A DNA stretch of 63,473 nt, the filler included, from Chiloscyllium plagiosum (Eukaryota): the NCBI RefSeq assembly GCF_004010195.1. It is 4 parts of one record of this genome, joined end to end, with 100 filler letters (N's around TTAATTAATTAA, not from the genome) between each part and the next. Parts side by side here need not be neighbours in the genome. Positions count along the whole stretch, not along the records: positions 19,353 to 43,021 come from NC_057713.1; 3 more parts are not named here. One strand, 5' to 3'. This document shows positions 22,999-37,115 of the stretch, in pieces. Position numbers and translations under genes: made by a program. The notes below the pieces were generated by a model. It was given only the letters and a program-made list of their open reading frames with translations. It was not told the origin of the DNA and searched no databases. Each line of letters starts with the position of its first letter. Within the stretch, counting starts at the first letter, position 1.

Positions 22999-25900
22999 TA
23001 GAGTCATAGAACTGTACAGCATGAAAACAGGCCCTTCGGACCAACTCATCCATGCTGACCAGATATCCTAAGATAATTTGGTTCCATTTACCATCATTTG
23101 GCTTATATCCCTCTAATCCCTTCATATTCTTACATCCATCCAGAGGCCTTTTAAATACTGTTAGTATACTAGCCTCCACCACTTACTCTGGCAGCTCGTT
23201 CCATATAAGCATCACCCTCTGTGTGAAAAAAGTTGCTCGTTAGGTCCCTTTTAAATCTTTCTTCTCTCACCTTAAAACTATAGCTTCCAGGTTTGGACTC
23301 ACCCACCCCAGGGAAAAGACTTTGGCTATTCACCCTATCCAAGCCCCTCATGATTTTATGAACCTATATAAAGTCACTCCTCAGCCTCCAACACTCCAGC
23401 AAAAATAACTCCCAGTCTATTCAGTCTCTCCCTACAGCTCAAATCCTTCAAACTTGGCAACAACCTTGAAAATCTTTTCTGAACCTTTTCAAGTTTCACA
23501 ACATTCTTACTGTAGCAGGGAGACCAGAATATTGCACACACGTATTCCAAAAGTGGCCTAACCAATGTCCTACACAGCTGCAACATGACTTCCTAGCTCC
23601 TATACTAAATGCACTGTTAATAAAGGAGAAAGTGACGACTGCAGATGCTGGAGATCAGAGTCAAAATGTGTGGTGCTGGAAAAGCACAGCAGGTCAGGCA
23701 GCATCCAAGGACCAAGAGAGTTGATGTTTTGAGCATAAGCTCTTCATTGGGAACATCTGTGCGTGTGCATGTGTGTGTGTGTGTGTGTGGGGGTGGGGAG
23801 TAACGGTAGGGGAGGTGGCAAGGGGGCTGAGAGATAAATGGGAGGGGGATGGGGCTGCTAGGAAGATATCGTCGACTCTCCTGCTCCTCTGATGCTGCCT
23901 GACCTGCTGTGCTTTTCCAGCGCCACACTTTATCACACTGATAATACAAGCAAGCATTCTAAATGCCTTCATCACCATCATTTCTAGTGAAGAGGGTCTG
24001 TGAAAGTGTGTCTGTATGTGAGTGTGAGAGGGTCTGTGTAAGCGGGTGTAAGTGTGTGTGCAAGGGAGGAAGACGGGTCTGTCTAAGTGTGTGTGTATGT
24101 GTTTGGGAGAGGGAATGTATAGGTGTGTGAGTGAGTGTGTAAGGTCCGTGCAAGAGTGTGTACGAGTCTGTGTGTGTGTGAGCATGTGCATGTATAATTT
24201 CAAGGAAGTATGAACTTGCACTCCAAGGTCTCCTTGTTCAGCAACACTCCCCAGGACCTTACCATTAGGTGTGTAAGTCCTACCCTGATTTCCCTTTCCA
24301 AAATGCAGCACCTCACATGTATCTAAATAATCTCCATTTGCCATTCCTCACCCCGAAAGGCAACATTCTTCGCTGTCCACAACACTCCAATAATCTGCAA
24401 ACTTACTAATCATATCTCCTATGTTCACATCTAGATCATTTATATAAATGACAAAAAGCACTGGACTGCACTTCACCCAGCACTAATCTTTGTGACACAC
24501 TGCTGGTCACAAGTCTTCAGTCTGAAAAACAACCCTCCATCACCACCCTTTGCTTTCTACCTTCAAGCCAGCTCTGTATCCAAAGTGGCAAGTTCTCCTC
24601 CTGATTTCCACATGACCTAACCTTGCTACCCAGTCTCTCATGAGGAAACTTGTCAAATGCCTTACTGAAGTCCATTTAGATCACATCCATCTCTGTGTCC
24701 TCATAAATCCTCTTTGTTACTTCTTCAAAGCCTATGCACAAAGCCACATTGACTATCCCTAATTAGTCCTCACCTTTCCGATTGCATGGAAATCCTGTCC
24801 CTCAAGATTCTCTCCAAATATATGCCCAATACTAATATCAGGCTTACTGTTTTATAGTTCCCTGGCTTTTCCTTACCACTTTTCTTAAATAGTGGCACCA
24901 CATTAGCCAACCTCCAGTCTTCCAGCACCTCACCTGTGGCTATTGATGAAAAGGGACCAGCAATCACTTCCCTTGCTTCCCACAGCGTTCTAGGTACACC
25001 TGATCAGGTCCCGGGGAATTATCCATCTGTATGCATGTTAAGATGTCCAGCACCTCCTTCTCTATAATTTGGACATTTTTGAAGATGTTACTGTTTATTT
25101 CCCCATGTTCTCTATCTTCCATAGCTTTCTCCACAGTAAACACTGATGCAAAACACTCATTTAGTACTTCCCCCATCTCCTGCGGCTCCACACATTGGTG
25201 GTCTTGCTGATCTGTAAGGGATCCTATTCTCTCTCTAGTTACTCTTTTTTCCTAATGTATTTATAGAACCCCTTTGGGTTCTCCTTAGTCCTATTTGCCA
25301 AAGCTATCTCGTCATTTTTTGCCCTCCTGACTTCCCTCTTACGTATGCTCGTACTGCCTTTAAACTCTTATAGGGATTCACTCAATCTCTGCTGTCTATA
25401 CCTGATATATGCTTCCTTTCTTATTCTTGACCAATTTCGTTAGTCACCCTGCATTCCCTACACCTATCAACCTTTCCCTTCATCATAACAGGACCATACT
25501 GTCTCTGGGCTCTCACTATTTCATTTTTGAAGGCTTCCCATTTTCCAGCTGTCCATTTACCTGTGAACATCTGACCCCACTCAAACTTTAAAAATCTTGA
25601 CTAATACTGTCAAAATTGGCCTTCCTCCAATTTAGAACTTTAACTTTTTAGATCCTGTCCATCCTTTCCCATTGCTAATTTAAAACTAACTGGCCATTGG
25701 CCACAAAGTGCTCCCCCACTGACACCTCAGTCACCTGGCCTACCTTATTTCCCAAGTGTATGTCAAGTTTTGCACCTTCTGTCGTAGATACATCCACATA
25801 CAATCAGAAATGTTCTTATACACACTTAACAAATTCCTCTTCATCTAAGCCCTTGGTAGTCCCAGTCTATGTTTGGAAAGTTAAAATTCCCTACCATAAG

Positions 25901-27960
25901 CACCCTTACAGATAAATGAGATCTCTTATAGATTTGTTTCTCAATTTCCCTCTGACTATTAGGAGGTCTATAGTACAATCCCAATAAAGTGATCATCCCT
26001 TTCCTATTTCTCAGTTTCAGCCAAATATCTTCCCTGGATATATTCCCAGGAACATTCTCCCTAAATACAGCCATAATGTTATCTCTATACAAAAAATGTA
26101 ACTCCCCCTCCTCTCTTGCCCCTTTCTATCCTTCCTATTGCATCTAAAGCCTGGAACATCAAGCTGCCAATCCTGTCCATCCCTGCACCACATTTCTGTG
26201 ACTGTTATGATATCCCAATCCCACATTCCCAGCCATGCCCTGAGTTCATCTGCCTTAATTGTTAGGCCTTTTGCATGAAAATAAATGCAATTTAATTTAT
26301 CTGTACTATCTCCTTCTCTGCTTTGCTCCTGCCTGCCCTGACTGTTTAACTTGCCCATCTTATCCAACTGCAACAGTCTCAGACTGATCTCCTTCCTCAC
26401 TACCTCCCTCGGTCCCACTCCTGCCCCCTCCAAACCCCCCCACCCCTTTATTGTTTAAATCCTACCAAGCAGTTCTAACAATTCTTCCCTCCATTATATT
26501 AGTCCACTTCCAATTCATGTGCAATCTGTTCTTCTTATATAGGTAACTTCTACCCCAGAAAAGATTCCAATGATCCAAACCTGTTCCTTTTCCTCTGCAA
26601 CAGCTCTTCAGCCACACACTCATTTGCTCTATCCTCCTATTCCTACCCTCACTACCTCATGGCACCAGGAGTAATCCAGATATTACTCCCTTTTTAAATT
26701 CTTGCCTAACTTCTAATATTTTCTCCTCAGAATCTCATCCTGTGATGTTAATCTCAGTGTGTACAATGACTTCCTGCTGGTCCCTTTTCCCTTTGAGAAT
26801 ATTCTGCACCCTCTCTAAGATATCCTTGATCCTGGCACCAGAAAGGCAGCACACCATTCTGATATCTCTCTGTTAGCCACAGAAATGTCTGTCTGTGCCA
26901 CTGACTAGAGGGTCCCCTATCACAATAAATCGCTTGGAACCTGACATACCCCTCATTGCATTAGAGCCAGAAATGTGACTGCTTGCACTACATTCCCCTG
27001 AGAGTCCATCACCCCCTACATTTTCCAAGCCAAGTATTTCCTAACAATACTTGTTTGGGATGGGTATAGCCACAGGAGACTCCTGCACTACCTGCCTCTC
27101 TGGCCTATCTTTTCTGGAGGTAACCCATCTAGCTGACTGTTTCTTCAGTTTATCTCCCTTCCTACAGCTGCTATCCATCATACCCACTAACTCCTGTAAA
27201 TTCCTCATTGTTCCAACTAACTGATCCATGTGATCAGATAGGATTCACAACCAAGTACATTTCTGCAGATATAACCATCAGTAATATGGAAATTCTCCCT
27301 TATTTCCCACATCTGACACGAAGAGCATATGACTCTACTAAGGGCCACCTTTGCACCTTATCAATCAACAGAACCAGAAAATAGTATAGTTTTACTGCTC
27401 TAAAATCACTAATCCAGGCTAACTTCATATCTATATTTTTAGATTTTTAAAGTTTAATGAAGAGACAGATCTCAATAAAAACATATAATCAAAAAAGAAT
27501 TCACTATTGTAGATATACAAAAGGAACATTAAGATTACACTTAAATCTAGCCACTTAGTTGCTCCCCTCTTGTGAGCTGCCCCACATAAGTTTCTCCATT
27601 GTCAGCTGTGAATTTCACTGTTTGCTTATTTTTCCTAGACAATCTCCAATGTCCACAGATAGTTCAAACCAAAACAGAGCAGAGGCAATAAGCTGTGGAG
27701 GTTACTGTAGGGTCAGGCAGCAATGCAGATTTACTTCTCCATTTTATTTCCTTCCCACTTGGTCACTGCCTTTGTCTCTCTTCCTCCTTTTTAAAGTGCC
27801 ATTGTTTTGATATTCTTTTTCCCAAAGTTCCAAAACAATGCAATAGCTTATAAAATGGAAATTACTGCTCTCAGAATTTGAGGAAATCAGCTCCAAAACT
27901 GAAAATACCTTGAATAAGGAATAGTTCTTACAGCCACAATCTCCATCTTGGATTGCCTAG
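22999..27960 (-). mobile_element. Near full-length degraded CR1 LINE (5' UTR, ORF1 remnant, APE endonuclease, RT, tail)
   Basis: Fragments DIITVTEMW, GLYYRPPNS, VGNFNFPNIDW, SPGPD, EDWRLANVVPLFKK, LEKVQKRF; the 5' end matches the + strand CR1 start at about 62545. Confidence 0.88.
23623..23935. mobile_element. Family A PLE fold-back element nested in CR1
   Basis: Inverted arms gtgtggtgctggaaaagcacagcaggtcaggcagcatc / gatgctgcctgacctgctgtgcttttccagcgccacac; imperfect TSD cactgttaata / cactgataata. Confidence 0.75.
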
Positions 27961-28419
27961 AATCCTATCCTTTGAGAAAAATGCAGAATTAATGTTAATT
28001 AAGAAATCTATATTTTAGCTGAAAATTTAAAGCATCAGAAGAAAAAAGGAGCAAAAGATGCTTTGAGATAGTTACCAGAAGTTTCATTTGGCAGAGAAAC
28101 GAAATGAATGATACATAATTGGCTATCTATTAGTACCTCACCGAATCGCCATTGTGGATTGAAACGTCAGACTGGACATATAATGGGTCATCATCAGATA
28201 TTGCCCATTTAACACCAATACTAAGAACTTTTTTTTCAAGTGAGAGCTGATGGAAAAAGTGGTAGTAACTTAAATAAAAACAAATCAAATAGAAGCAATA
28301 TTATTCATAACATTTCAGTTGACACTCTAAGGTCCTGTGTGTGGTAGTAGCTGTGGATCAGAAGTTCTGGTTCAAATCCCACTTTAGGGCTTGATGGCCA
28401 TTGAACGTTTGTTTTGTTT

Positions 28420-28598
28420 TGCAGAAATATACTTTACTCATAAAAAAATCTTTATATACATAAACAATTACTGAAGCATTACTGTACAATATTTCCACCT
28501 GAATAACAAGCAGCTGCCTCAAGCTTCAGAGTGCCCCTCAACACGTAATCTTGGACCTTGGAGTGTACCAGTCTGAAACACTCAGTTGAGGTCAACAC
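28420..28598 (-). mobile_element. L1/Tx1-like LINE 3' terminal fragment
   Basis: The - strand reads LTSTECFRLVHSKVQDYVLRGTLKL, resembling Tx1 ORF2 C-termini, followed by an A-rich tail. Confidence 0.5.
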
Positions 28599-28879
28599 CA
28601 CTATATAGAGGTAAAGTAAATTCTACTGCAATTTATTTAATATTCCATTTGAAATACTTTGCCCTTTGGTTGTATGCCTCACGTGGAAAGTTTATTGTAT
28701 ATATGAAGACTATTACAATTATGTTGAAACCTCTCACATAACAGCATGCTGTATAGAGACAACGAGAAAAGTTAAACTTTATTAAACAGATTTTCAAATT
28801 GAATTGTTTTATAAAGTAATTTTATACACTTTATAAGTAAAGCATATTTTTTTGAAAAAGTAAAGGAACTGAAGATATG

Positions 28880-30000
28880 GAAAGAAAATTATTAGATAAA
28901 GTGGTAAAAAAGGCATGTGGGATACTTGACTTTATTAATCGAGCATCAAGTTTAAATGCAAGAAAGTTGTGCTGAAAACGTACAGAGCATTGTGTACAGT
29001 TCTAGACCCCATATTAAAGGACAGATATGACAGCCCTGGCAAGGGCGCAGAGCAGATTTACCAGAATGTTGCCTAGGCTGGAGAGTTTCAGTTATGAAAA
29101 CAGATTGGACAGACTAGATTGTTTTTCTTGGAGCAGAGCAGACTGGTGGTGAAATGGTTAAGATGCCTGTACAGGGCATTAGTTAGGTCACTGTTGGAAT
29201 ATTGCGTTGGAGGATTTGAGCTATAGGGAAAGGCTGAACAGGATGGGGCTGTTTTCCCTGGAGTGTCGGAGGCTGAGAGGTGACCGTATAGAGGTTTAAA
29301 AATTATGAAGGGCATGGATAGGGTAAACAGACAAAGTATTTTCCCAGGTGTCGGGGAGGCATAGGTTGAGGGTGAGAGGGGAAAGATATAAAAGAGACCT
29401 ATGGAGCAACTTTTTCATGCAGAGGGTGGTACGTGTATGGAATGAGCTGCCAGAGGAAATGGTGGAGGCTGGTACAATTGCAACATTTAAGAGGCATTTG
29501 GATGGGTATATGAATGGGAAGAGTTTGGAGGGATATGGGCCGGGTGCTGGCAGATGGGACTGGATTGGGTTGGGATATCTGGTCGGCATGGGTAGGTTGG
29601 ACCGAAGGGTCTGTTTCCATGCTGTACATCTCTATGACTCTATGACTGTATGTATAAAATAATCATAGATATCGAAAGGGTAGATAGGAAGAAATATTTT
29701 CCCTTTGTGGAGAGACCAATGAACAGGATGTAAGGGGAAGGAAGTTGACATAAGGAATTTTTTTTCTTTATGAATGTGGTGGTGGGAATTTTGATCTCAC
29801 TGCCTATCAGGATGGTACAGGCAGATATGCTCATAACATTTAAGAAGTATTTAGATACACACTTGTGATGCCAAGACAATCAAGTCTATGGACCAAGTGC
29901 TGCAAAATTGGATTAGAATAGATAGGTGTTTGTTTTTGACCAGTGCAGGCTCACTGGACTGAAGAGCTTCATCTGTACTGTAGGTGTCTATGACTCTATT
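28880..30000 (+). mobile_element. Old CR1 3' fragment with a younger CR1 (about 29160-29647) nested inside
   Basis: ORF 29348..29662 matches the 21554 copy; the older CR1 resumes at about 29650. Confidence 0.8.
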
Positions 30001-31594
30001 AAATGAACAAGGTATGATTAACGTATACTCTTCAGTTTTGATATCACAGAACCATGTAAAATATTACTAAGTTAAATGACATTTTAATTTAGATGTTATG
30101 TTTTGAGATAACTCTCAGTGTTTTCATATTATACGTCAATTCTGCTTGCTGTTCATAGTTGCTGATTAACTGCAGTCCAAATCTTAATATAAAGCTCTGG
30201 ATAAAGTAATGGAGTCACTTTCAACATGACACTTGATAAAATAAAAGATTTGATAATGTATTTTTATTATGCTGCATGTAACATTAAGACAGTGAATTAC
30301 ACATCAAGACTACACATATGTCCATGGATGCTTCTACTTTCTTGTGTGCATGAATCTAATTCCTGCCATTGACATGTCATGTCAATTTTTCTTCACTAAC
30401 ATTGATCACATACTATGAGAGGAAATGCTAACTTGAATGATTATAAGAAGCCATGTAGTGGCTTAGTGTAGTTGAAAATGTCAGCTTGACATTGCAGATA
30501 GGCAGTGCAGCACATGACCTCCAACCATTGTATTGTATAGAGAGTCCTGGGAGTTATGCCATGGAACTAACTTTCATCCAGCTACTAAAGCTCTGTTCCC
30601 TGTTTCTCACAAGTTTTCATTGAATAATTAGGGAAAACCTTCAATTTCTCATGAAAAATGCTATAGATTAGCTGGACTGTATAGTCTTTTAAATATATTT
30701 TCTAATAAAATTGCCAGAAATATTTTCTTTCATTCAGGTTTTTTTTCTCAAGAATCAAAATCTTGATACTGACCGGCACTGACTGCTGGACTTCTACAAA
30801 CATCAACAGAAAAGGCACACAAACTCATAAATATAAACAATATTGATAATCTGTATGCTATTTCAGCAAATCACAACTCTATGTTTAGGTCATATTGTTT
30901 CAATATTGACCAACCATATGATCTGTTGACCACCATTATAAATGTACTTGACAAAGTAGAAAATAAAGCACAAAAACAAATAAATATCCAATTAGAAACA
31001 AAAGATCTTTATGGAGTGAGCACTCACTAAGTGCGTACATGCTTGGCTGTTGTTGAAAGTTACAATAGTTAACCCTAACCGTATGCTCCATATTTCATTC
31101 ATTAAATGAAATTGATATTGCATTCTTCCAAAGGTTTTGATTATTTAACATGATTTAGTTCCCATTCACATTTCCTGCATTGATGATTGCAGCCAAAACA
31201 TGACACTGCTACTTGCCACAATTGGCTAGTATTCCCTGAACAAAATTATAAAATACATGTATCATGTTATTGAGGGGAATTCACAATAAAGAGTCTCTCT
31301 GTACTGGGAATTATGAATTTAAATGTATTTGTTCACTTCCAGTTGACTGTGTCCAAACATCACTCAAAGTCATAGAGTGTTGGCAGAATCGTTGACATTC
31401 AATTGGTGCGAGGAGATTCCTGGCACTGAAAAGTGCTCAAGACCCACTGCTATTGGCATTGGTGCTAAACTAACACCATGATTCTTCAAGAACCTGCGAT
31501 AACAAATCAACAGAGAGATGTCCTTCGTACTACTGCGTGTCATAGATGCAGCAGCTTTGTTCATTGTTGAGTTGCATAGAATCAAAATATATTA

Positions 31595-31737
31595 AAAATA
31601 AAAACTGAAAGAACTGCAGATGTTGTAAATCCAGAACAAAACCAACAGTTGCTGGAAAAGCTCAGCAAGCCTGGCAGCATCTGTGAAGAGAAATCAGAGT
31701 TAATGTTTCTGGTCCGGTGACCCTTCCTCAGAACTGA
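31595..31737 (-). mobile_element. Family B PLE pLTR fragment with hammerhead motif (31698-31735)
   Basis: The - strand reads agtt-CTGAGGA-AGGGTC-ACCG-GACCA-GAAACATT-AACT. Confidence 0.75.
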
Positions 31738-32739
31738 TCGATGATAAATCTTCACAACCATTATTTTTCAGTACTTTAATGGTTAAGGAAAAACAGATGG
31801 TCACATAAGTTCTCTCCCTAATCATTAAATATTAACCACCTGGGAAATAGAAGTCTGCACAAAGGTTCACAATACTGTATGTGACTGATCAAAGTACTGT
31901 TTACAATTATCAAGATAAGTTGGGTGTAGTAACTGCACTGGACTGCACAATTATGGATCTAAGAGTAGCTACCACATTTTAAATGCATTCTGATTCATAT
32001 CACTTTTTTAAGAGAGTGGTAGAGAAGGTAAACAATACAGAATTATCAGATTATAAGGCTATGCATGAACTTAAATAAACTTAATTAGTATGAAATGGGG
32101 CTGAAATAATTAGACCTTAAGCAAATATTTTCATAAGATTACTACATTTGAAATGATTTTGGAAAGCTTGGAAACTGTCTAACAAACTTCAATTATTAAA
32201 AGAGGGGTCCAGATATCTTGTATATCGAAAATCTCTGAATGCATTTGATAGATTTAATTGGTGAAGTTCTTCCTGTGGTCAGACTTCCTAAAAAAAGTAA
32301 ACATTATTGTAAAATGGGAAAATCTGTTATGTATTCATTGGGAAAAGGACAGTCACCAAGAATTCAGGAAAGTAAGAGCATGTTAAACTAACCTTCTAAA
32401 TCTTTTCAGATATTACTGACATAATGGGCAATGGACCTATCATATTTTGAATTCACTGAACGGTTATGCCAAGGTTTCACATTAATGATTAATGACTTGG
32501 TTTAGGAGTCATGCACTAGAGGTCAAAGTATAGCTGGACAGAAAACTGAAGGTAGCTATGAATGTGAACTTTTCAAGCTAGAAAGAATGAAATATCCCAG
32601 GTGCTGACTTTGAGATTTTATTATATATGCAGTATTAATGACTTGGCTGAAGATATGACAAGCAAAATGTCAATGTTTGCAAATTGTATTGAAACAGATT
32701 GCAGGACAAATAATGAAAACCAGTACAACTACATTCATA

Positions 32740-33365
32740 GATTTGATTTGATTTATTATTGTCAGAGCAAACAATGAAAAGCTTTTTTTTCACGTGCAAT
32801 ACAGACAGATCAAACCATACAAAGTGCATTGGGTGATAGAACAGGGCGAGGAATTCAATGTTACAGGTGCAGAGAAGGTGCACAAAAAGCAAGATCAACA
32901 TTAGATTTGAAATTTGAGAGGTCCATTCAACATCTATTAACAGTAGGGAAGTAGCTATTCTTGAATCTGTTGGTACGTGTGTTTAAGCTTTTGTATCTTC
33001 TGCCTGACAGAAGTGGTTGGAAGAGATTATAACCAGGGTGGGAGGAGTCTTTGATGATGTTGGCTGCCTTTCTGAGATGGTGAGAACTGTAGATAGAGCC
33101 AATGGATGCAAGGTTGGTTTGTGTGATTGACTGAGTTGTGTTCACAGCTCTTTGTAGATTTTTTATAGTCCTGGCCAGAGCAGTTGCCATATCAAGCCAC
33201 GATGCATAAACGTTGGTAACAGTCCTTATGGAAATGTTGAATTTTCTTAGCCTCCTGAGGACGTAGAGGCGTTGTTGTGACTTCTTGACTGTCACATCAA
33301 CCATGGTGGTCCAGGACAGTTTGTTCATAACTCCTAGGAGCTTGACCCGCTTGACCATCAGCACC
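32740..33365 (-). mobile_element. Rex1/Babar-like LINE 3' fragment
   Basis: ORF 32927..33412 (VKKSQQRLY.LRRLRKF, LLSGRRYKSLNTRTNRFKNSYFP); (ATCAA)n tail. Confidence 0.8.
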
Positions 33366-33754
33366 ATTAATCTAGTTAGGAATGTGCCCTCCATCTTGCT
33401 TCCTGAAGCCATGGTGATTTAGATCTGAGTAATTTGTGCATTTCAATGTGAACAAGTGTAAAATAATTAATGCAAAAACAAGAAAATAGATGAGGGAACA
33501 GAATATAGCCAATTAATAAGAAAAAAAATCTATTACAGCAGATTAAACTATTAGCAAAGTGTCCATTGGATTTTTAGACAATTTAGTTAACAGAGGAATA
33601 CAGTAAATCAAAATCAATGTTATTTGTGCATAAACACCATCTGAAGTATCCAGTTATCTCATAGGCATATTATTTGTGTTCTTAGAAATGTGAAGACGTG
33701 TAAGAAAGTTATTAGGGTAACAAAAACATTACATTATTTGGAAAGGTTAAAGAA

Positions 33755-34640
33755 GGATACCTCAGATTACAAAGGGATCTTAGTCAGATGGGCCAATGGG
33801 CTGAGAAGTGGCAAATGGAGTTTAATTTAGATAAATGTGAGGTGCTGTATTTTGGGAAAGCAAATCCTAGCAGGACTTATACACTTAATGGTAAGGTCCT
33901 AGGGAGTGTTGCTGAACAAAGAGACTTTGGAGTGCAGGTTAATAGCTCCTTGGAAGTAGAGTCGCAGGTAGATAGGATTGTGAAGAAGACATTTGGTATG
34001 CTTTTTTATATTGATCAGAACATTAAGTTCAGGGGTTAGGAGATCATGTTGCAGCTGTACAGGACATTGGTTAGGCCACTGTTGGAATATTACATGCAAT
34101 TCTGGTCTCCTTCCTATCAGAAATATGTTGTGAAACTTGAAAGGGTTTAGAAAAGACTTACAAGGATGTTGCCAGGGTTGGAGGATTTGAGCTAGGGAAA
34201 GGTTGAGTAGGCTAGAGCTATTTTCCCTTGAGTTTCGGAGATTGAGGGGTGACCTTATAGAAGTTTATAAAATCATGAGGGGCATGAATAGGATAAATAG
34301 TCAAAGTCTTTTCCCTGGGATGGAGGAGTCCAGAACTAGAGGGCATAGGTTTAGGGTGAGAGGGTCAAGATATAAAAGAGATCTAAGGGGCAACGTTTTC
34401 ATGCAGAGGGTGGTACGTGTATGGAATGAGCTGGCAGAGGAAGTGGTGGAGGCTAGTACAATTGCAACATTTAAAAGGCATCTGGATGGGTATATGAATA
34501 GGAAGAGTTTAGAAGGATATGGCCTGGGTGCTGGCAGGTGGGACTAGATTGGGTTGGGATATCTGGTCGGCATAGACGAGTTGGACCGTCTATGTTTCCA
34601 TCCATGGAGTCTGTTTCCATGTTGTACATCTCCATGACTC
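33755..34640 (+). mobile_element. 5'-truncated CR1 LINE
   Basis: ORFs 33788..34039 (WAEKWQMEFNLDKCEV) and 34203..34547. Confidence 0.9.
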
Positions 34641-35361
34641 TAAATTGGGTGTATTTTAAGGATACTTTTTTCAAGATAACAAAGAGAAGTTTACAAATTA
34701 GTCCAATCCAATTATTTAAAATATTGAATGCTTTGAACAACAAAATGACACAAGTTTAAAAAGAAAGTTAGGAGGAAGAAGGAAGATCAGGTGAAACATT
34801 TTTACTTGAGTGGATCAGAGTCATCAAGAAGTCCACCAATGTCGGCTGTGAATGGATTCAGTACACAATTAGAGTTTTTTCTGGAGATAAAGTCATAGAA
34901 CCATAGAATGACACGTAACTGCTCATGTGTCCCTGCCAGCTCTGTGCAAGTATTGTAGAAGACACCAAGTATTTGGTTAAGTTCAGTCAGGTACAGTACA
35001 CTCCTCTTGATTTTAAAGAAAATGTTCTTACGTAAATAAAATTAAAATTAAAAACAAAATAAATTAAAAGGAACATATTTTAACATATTTGAAGTTGACA
35101 TATTTTCATAGGTTCAGTGCGAAAAAGCTGGAATGAGAAAGATGGAATGAAAATAAGTGTTTAATAGAGTTAGAATTAATGGAAATGGGTGAAATGCTTT
35201 GATTCTGGAGCTAAGTTCAATGACAGGCTAATTACTGATAGAAAGTTTATTAAAATCCACTTATGATTTAGGCCATAATTCATAGGAGCACAACTCTGCC
35301 ATTGGGCCCATCCACTCTACTCTACCATTTGACGATGCGTGATCTGTTTTTCAAGCTCATT

Positions 35362-36893
35362 CCAACACCTATTCTGACAAGTCCTGAAGAACCTATTCCA
35401 ACAGTCACTGCATCAGAGGTCAGAATCCAAGGAAAGCGATTGGACCAGATGGAGTACCAGGCCTTGCAATCAGGTACACGCACATTATCTGGCAGAGGTC
35501 TTCCCGCACATCTTCAACCTCTCCCTGCAGCAGGCCACTATCCCTGCCTGTTTCAAGAGGGCCAAAATCATCCCTATGCCTAAGAAGGCTCACGCAGCAT
35601 GTCTCAATGACTACCGCCCAGTGGCCCTAACTTCGGTGGTCATGAAGTGCTTTGAAAGTCTGGTCATGGCATTAATCAACTTGAGCTTCTCCACTACTCT
35701 TGACCCACTCCAATTTGCCTATTGGACCAACAGGTCCATGTCAGATGCCATATCACTTGCCCTTCACTCCTCCCTAGAACATCTTGACACCAAGAACAGC
35801 TACTTAAGAATCCTACTCCATTGACTACAGTTCAGTCTTCAACACTGTTATCCCCTTGAGACTGATTACTAAACTTAGTGATCTTGGGCTAAACTCCACT
35901 CTCTGCAACTGGATCCTCAGTTCCCTGACCCATAGGCCACAATCAGTGAAGATTGGGGACAATATTTCATCCTCACTAACACTCAACACTGGACACGCCC
36001 CCCCACAGCCCCCTCCTGTATTCACTGTATACCCATGACTGCGGAAATACCAGACTAGTGCCATATACAAGTTCACTGATGACACCACCATAGTCGATCG
36101 AATCTCAGATGGCGACGAAACAGATTATAGATGGTCGGTGGAAGACCTGGAAAAATAGTGCACTGAGAACAACCTAGCTCTCAATGCCGGCAAAACCAAG
36201 TAACTCATTATTGACTTTCGGTGGGATGTTACTCATGCCCCCCTACACATTAATAGCACAGAAGTGGAACGAGTGGAGAGTGTCAAGCTCCTGGGAGTAG
36301 TCATCCACAACAAGCTTTCTTGGACTCTTCATGTGGATACACTGATTACAAAGGCCCAAAAGTGTCTCTTCTTCCTCAGGCAGCTGAGGAAATTTGGCAT
36401 GACAGTGAATACCCTTGCAAATTTTTATAGATGTGCCATTGAGAGCATTCTGTCTGGATCTATCACTACCTGGTATGGCAATTGTACCATTCAAGAATGG
36501 AGATGGTTACAGAGAGTGGTGAACCCGGCCTGGACAATCACAAAGATTAACCTCCCATTTATAGAATCCATCTACCAGGCCCGTTGTCAAGGAAAAGCCG
36601 CCAGCATTCTTAAAGATCTATCCCACCCTGACAATGTTTTTCCACAACCTCTACCATCGAGGAGAAGGTACAGAAGCCTGAACACATGCAGCAGCTGGTT
36701 TCAAAACAGTATCTACCCTACTGTTGTTAGAATATTGAATGGACTCACAAACTCTCAACACTCACCTGTACCTGTGTTTTTGTTTTTGCCACCGTTTACT
36801 TATTATTTTCTTATTTATGCTACTTAACTATGTGATCTGTCTGACAAAAGCTTTTCACTGTGCCTCAGTACAGGTGACAATCAATTCAATTCA
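35362..36893 (+). mobile_element. Rex1/Babar-like LINE, 5'-truncated and frameshifted RT
   Basis: LNDYRPVALTSVVMKCFE, LDPLQFAY, LCNWIL..LT.RPQSV, KFTDDTT, LFFLRQLRKFG, PSRRRYRSL motifs; (CAATT)n tail. Confidence 0.88.
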
Positions 36894-36934
36894 TTCTCCT
36901 GCGTTCTCTCAACCTTGATTCTCTGACCAAACAA

Positions 36935-37115
36935 TAAAGTAAAATAGAAATTACTGGAAAAGCTCAGCAGGTCTTACGTTCTGAGGAAGGTTCAATCGAC
37001 CAGAAACGTTAACTCTGATTTTTCTCTCCAGATGTTGCGAGACCTGCTGAGCTTTTTCGGCAATTTTTATTTTTGTTTCTGATTTACAGCATCCGCAGTT
37101 CTTTCCGTTTTATTT
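36935..37115. mobile_element. Family B fold-back PLE mini-element with hammerhead motif at 36978-37013 (+)
   Basis: gtt-CTGAGGA-AGGTTCAATCGACCA-GAAACGTT-AAC; arms ggaaaagctcagcaggtct / agacctgctgagctttttc. Confidence 0.78.

Noticed and set aside
28135..28230. Possible - strand exon (AG...GTGAG, open frame IGVKWAISDDDPLYVQSDVSIHNGDS) or C/D-box-like TGATGA...CTGA
   Set aside because: No polypyrimidine tract, no partner exons and no recognisable protein; the box spacing is too short for a snoRNA.
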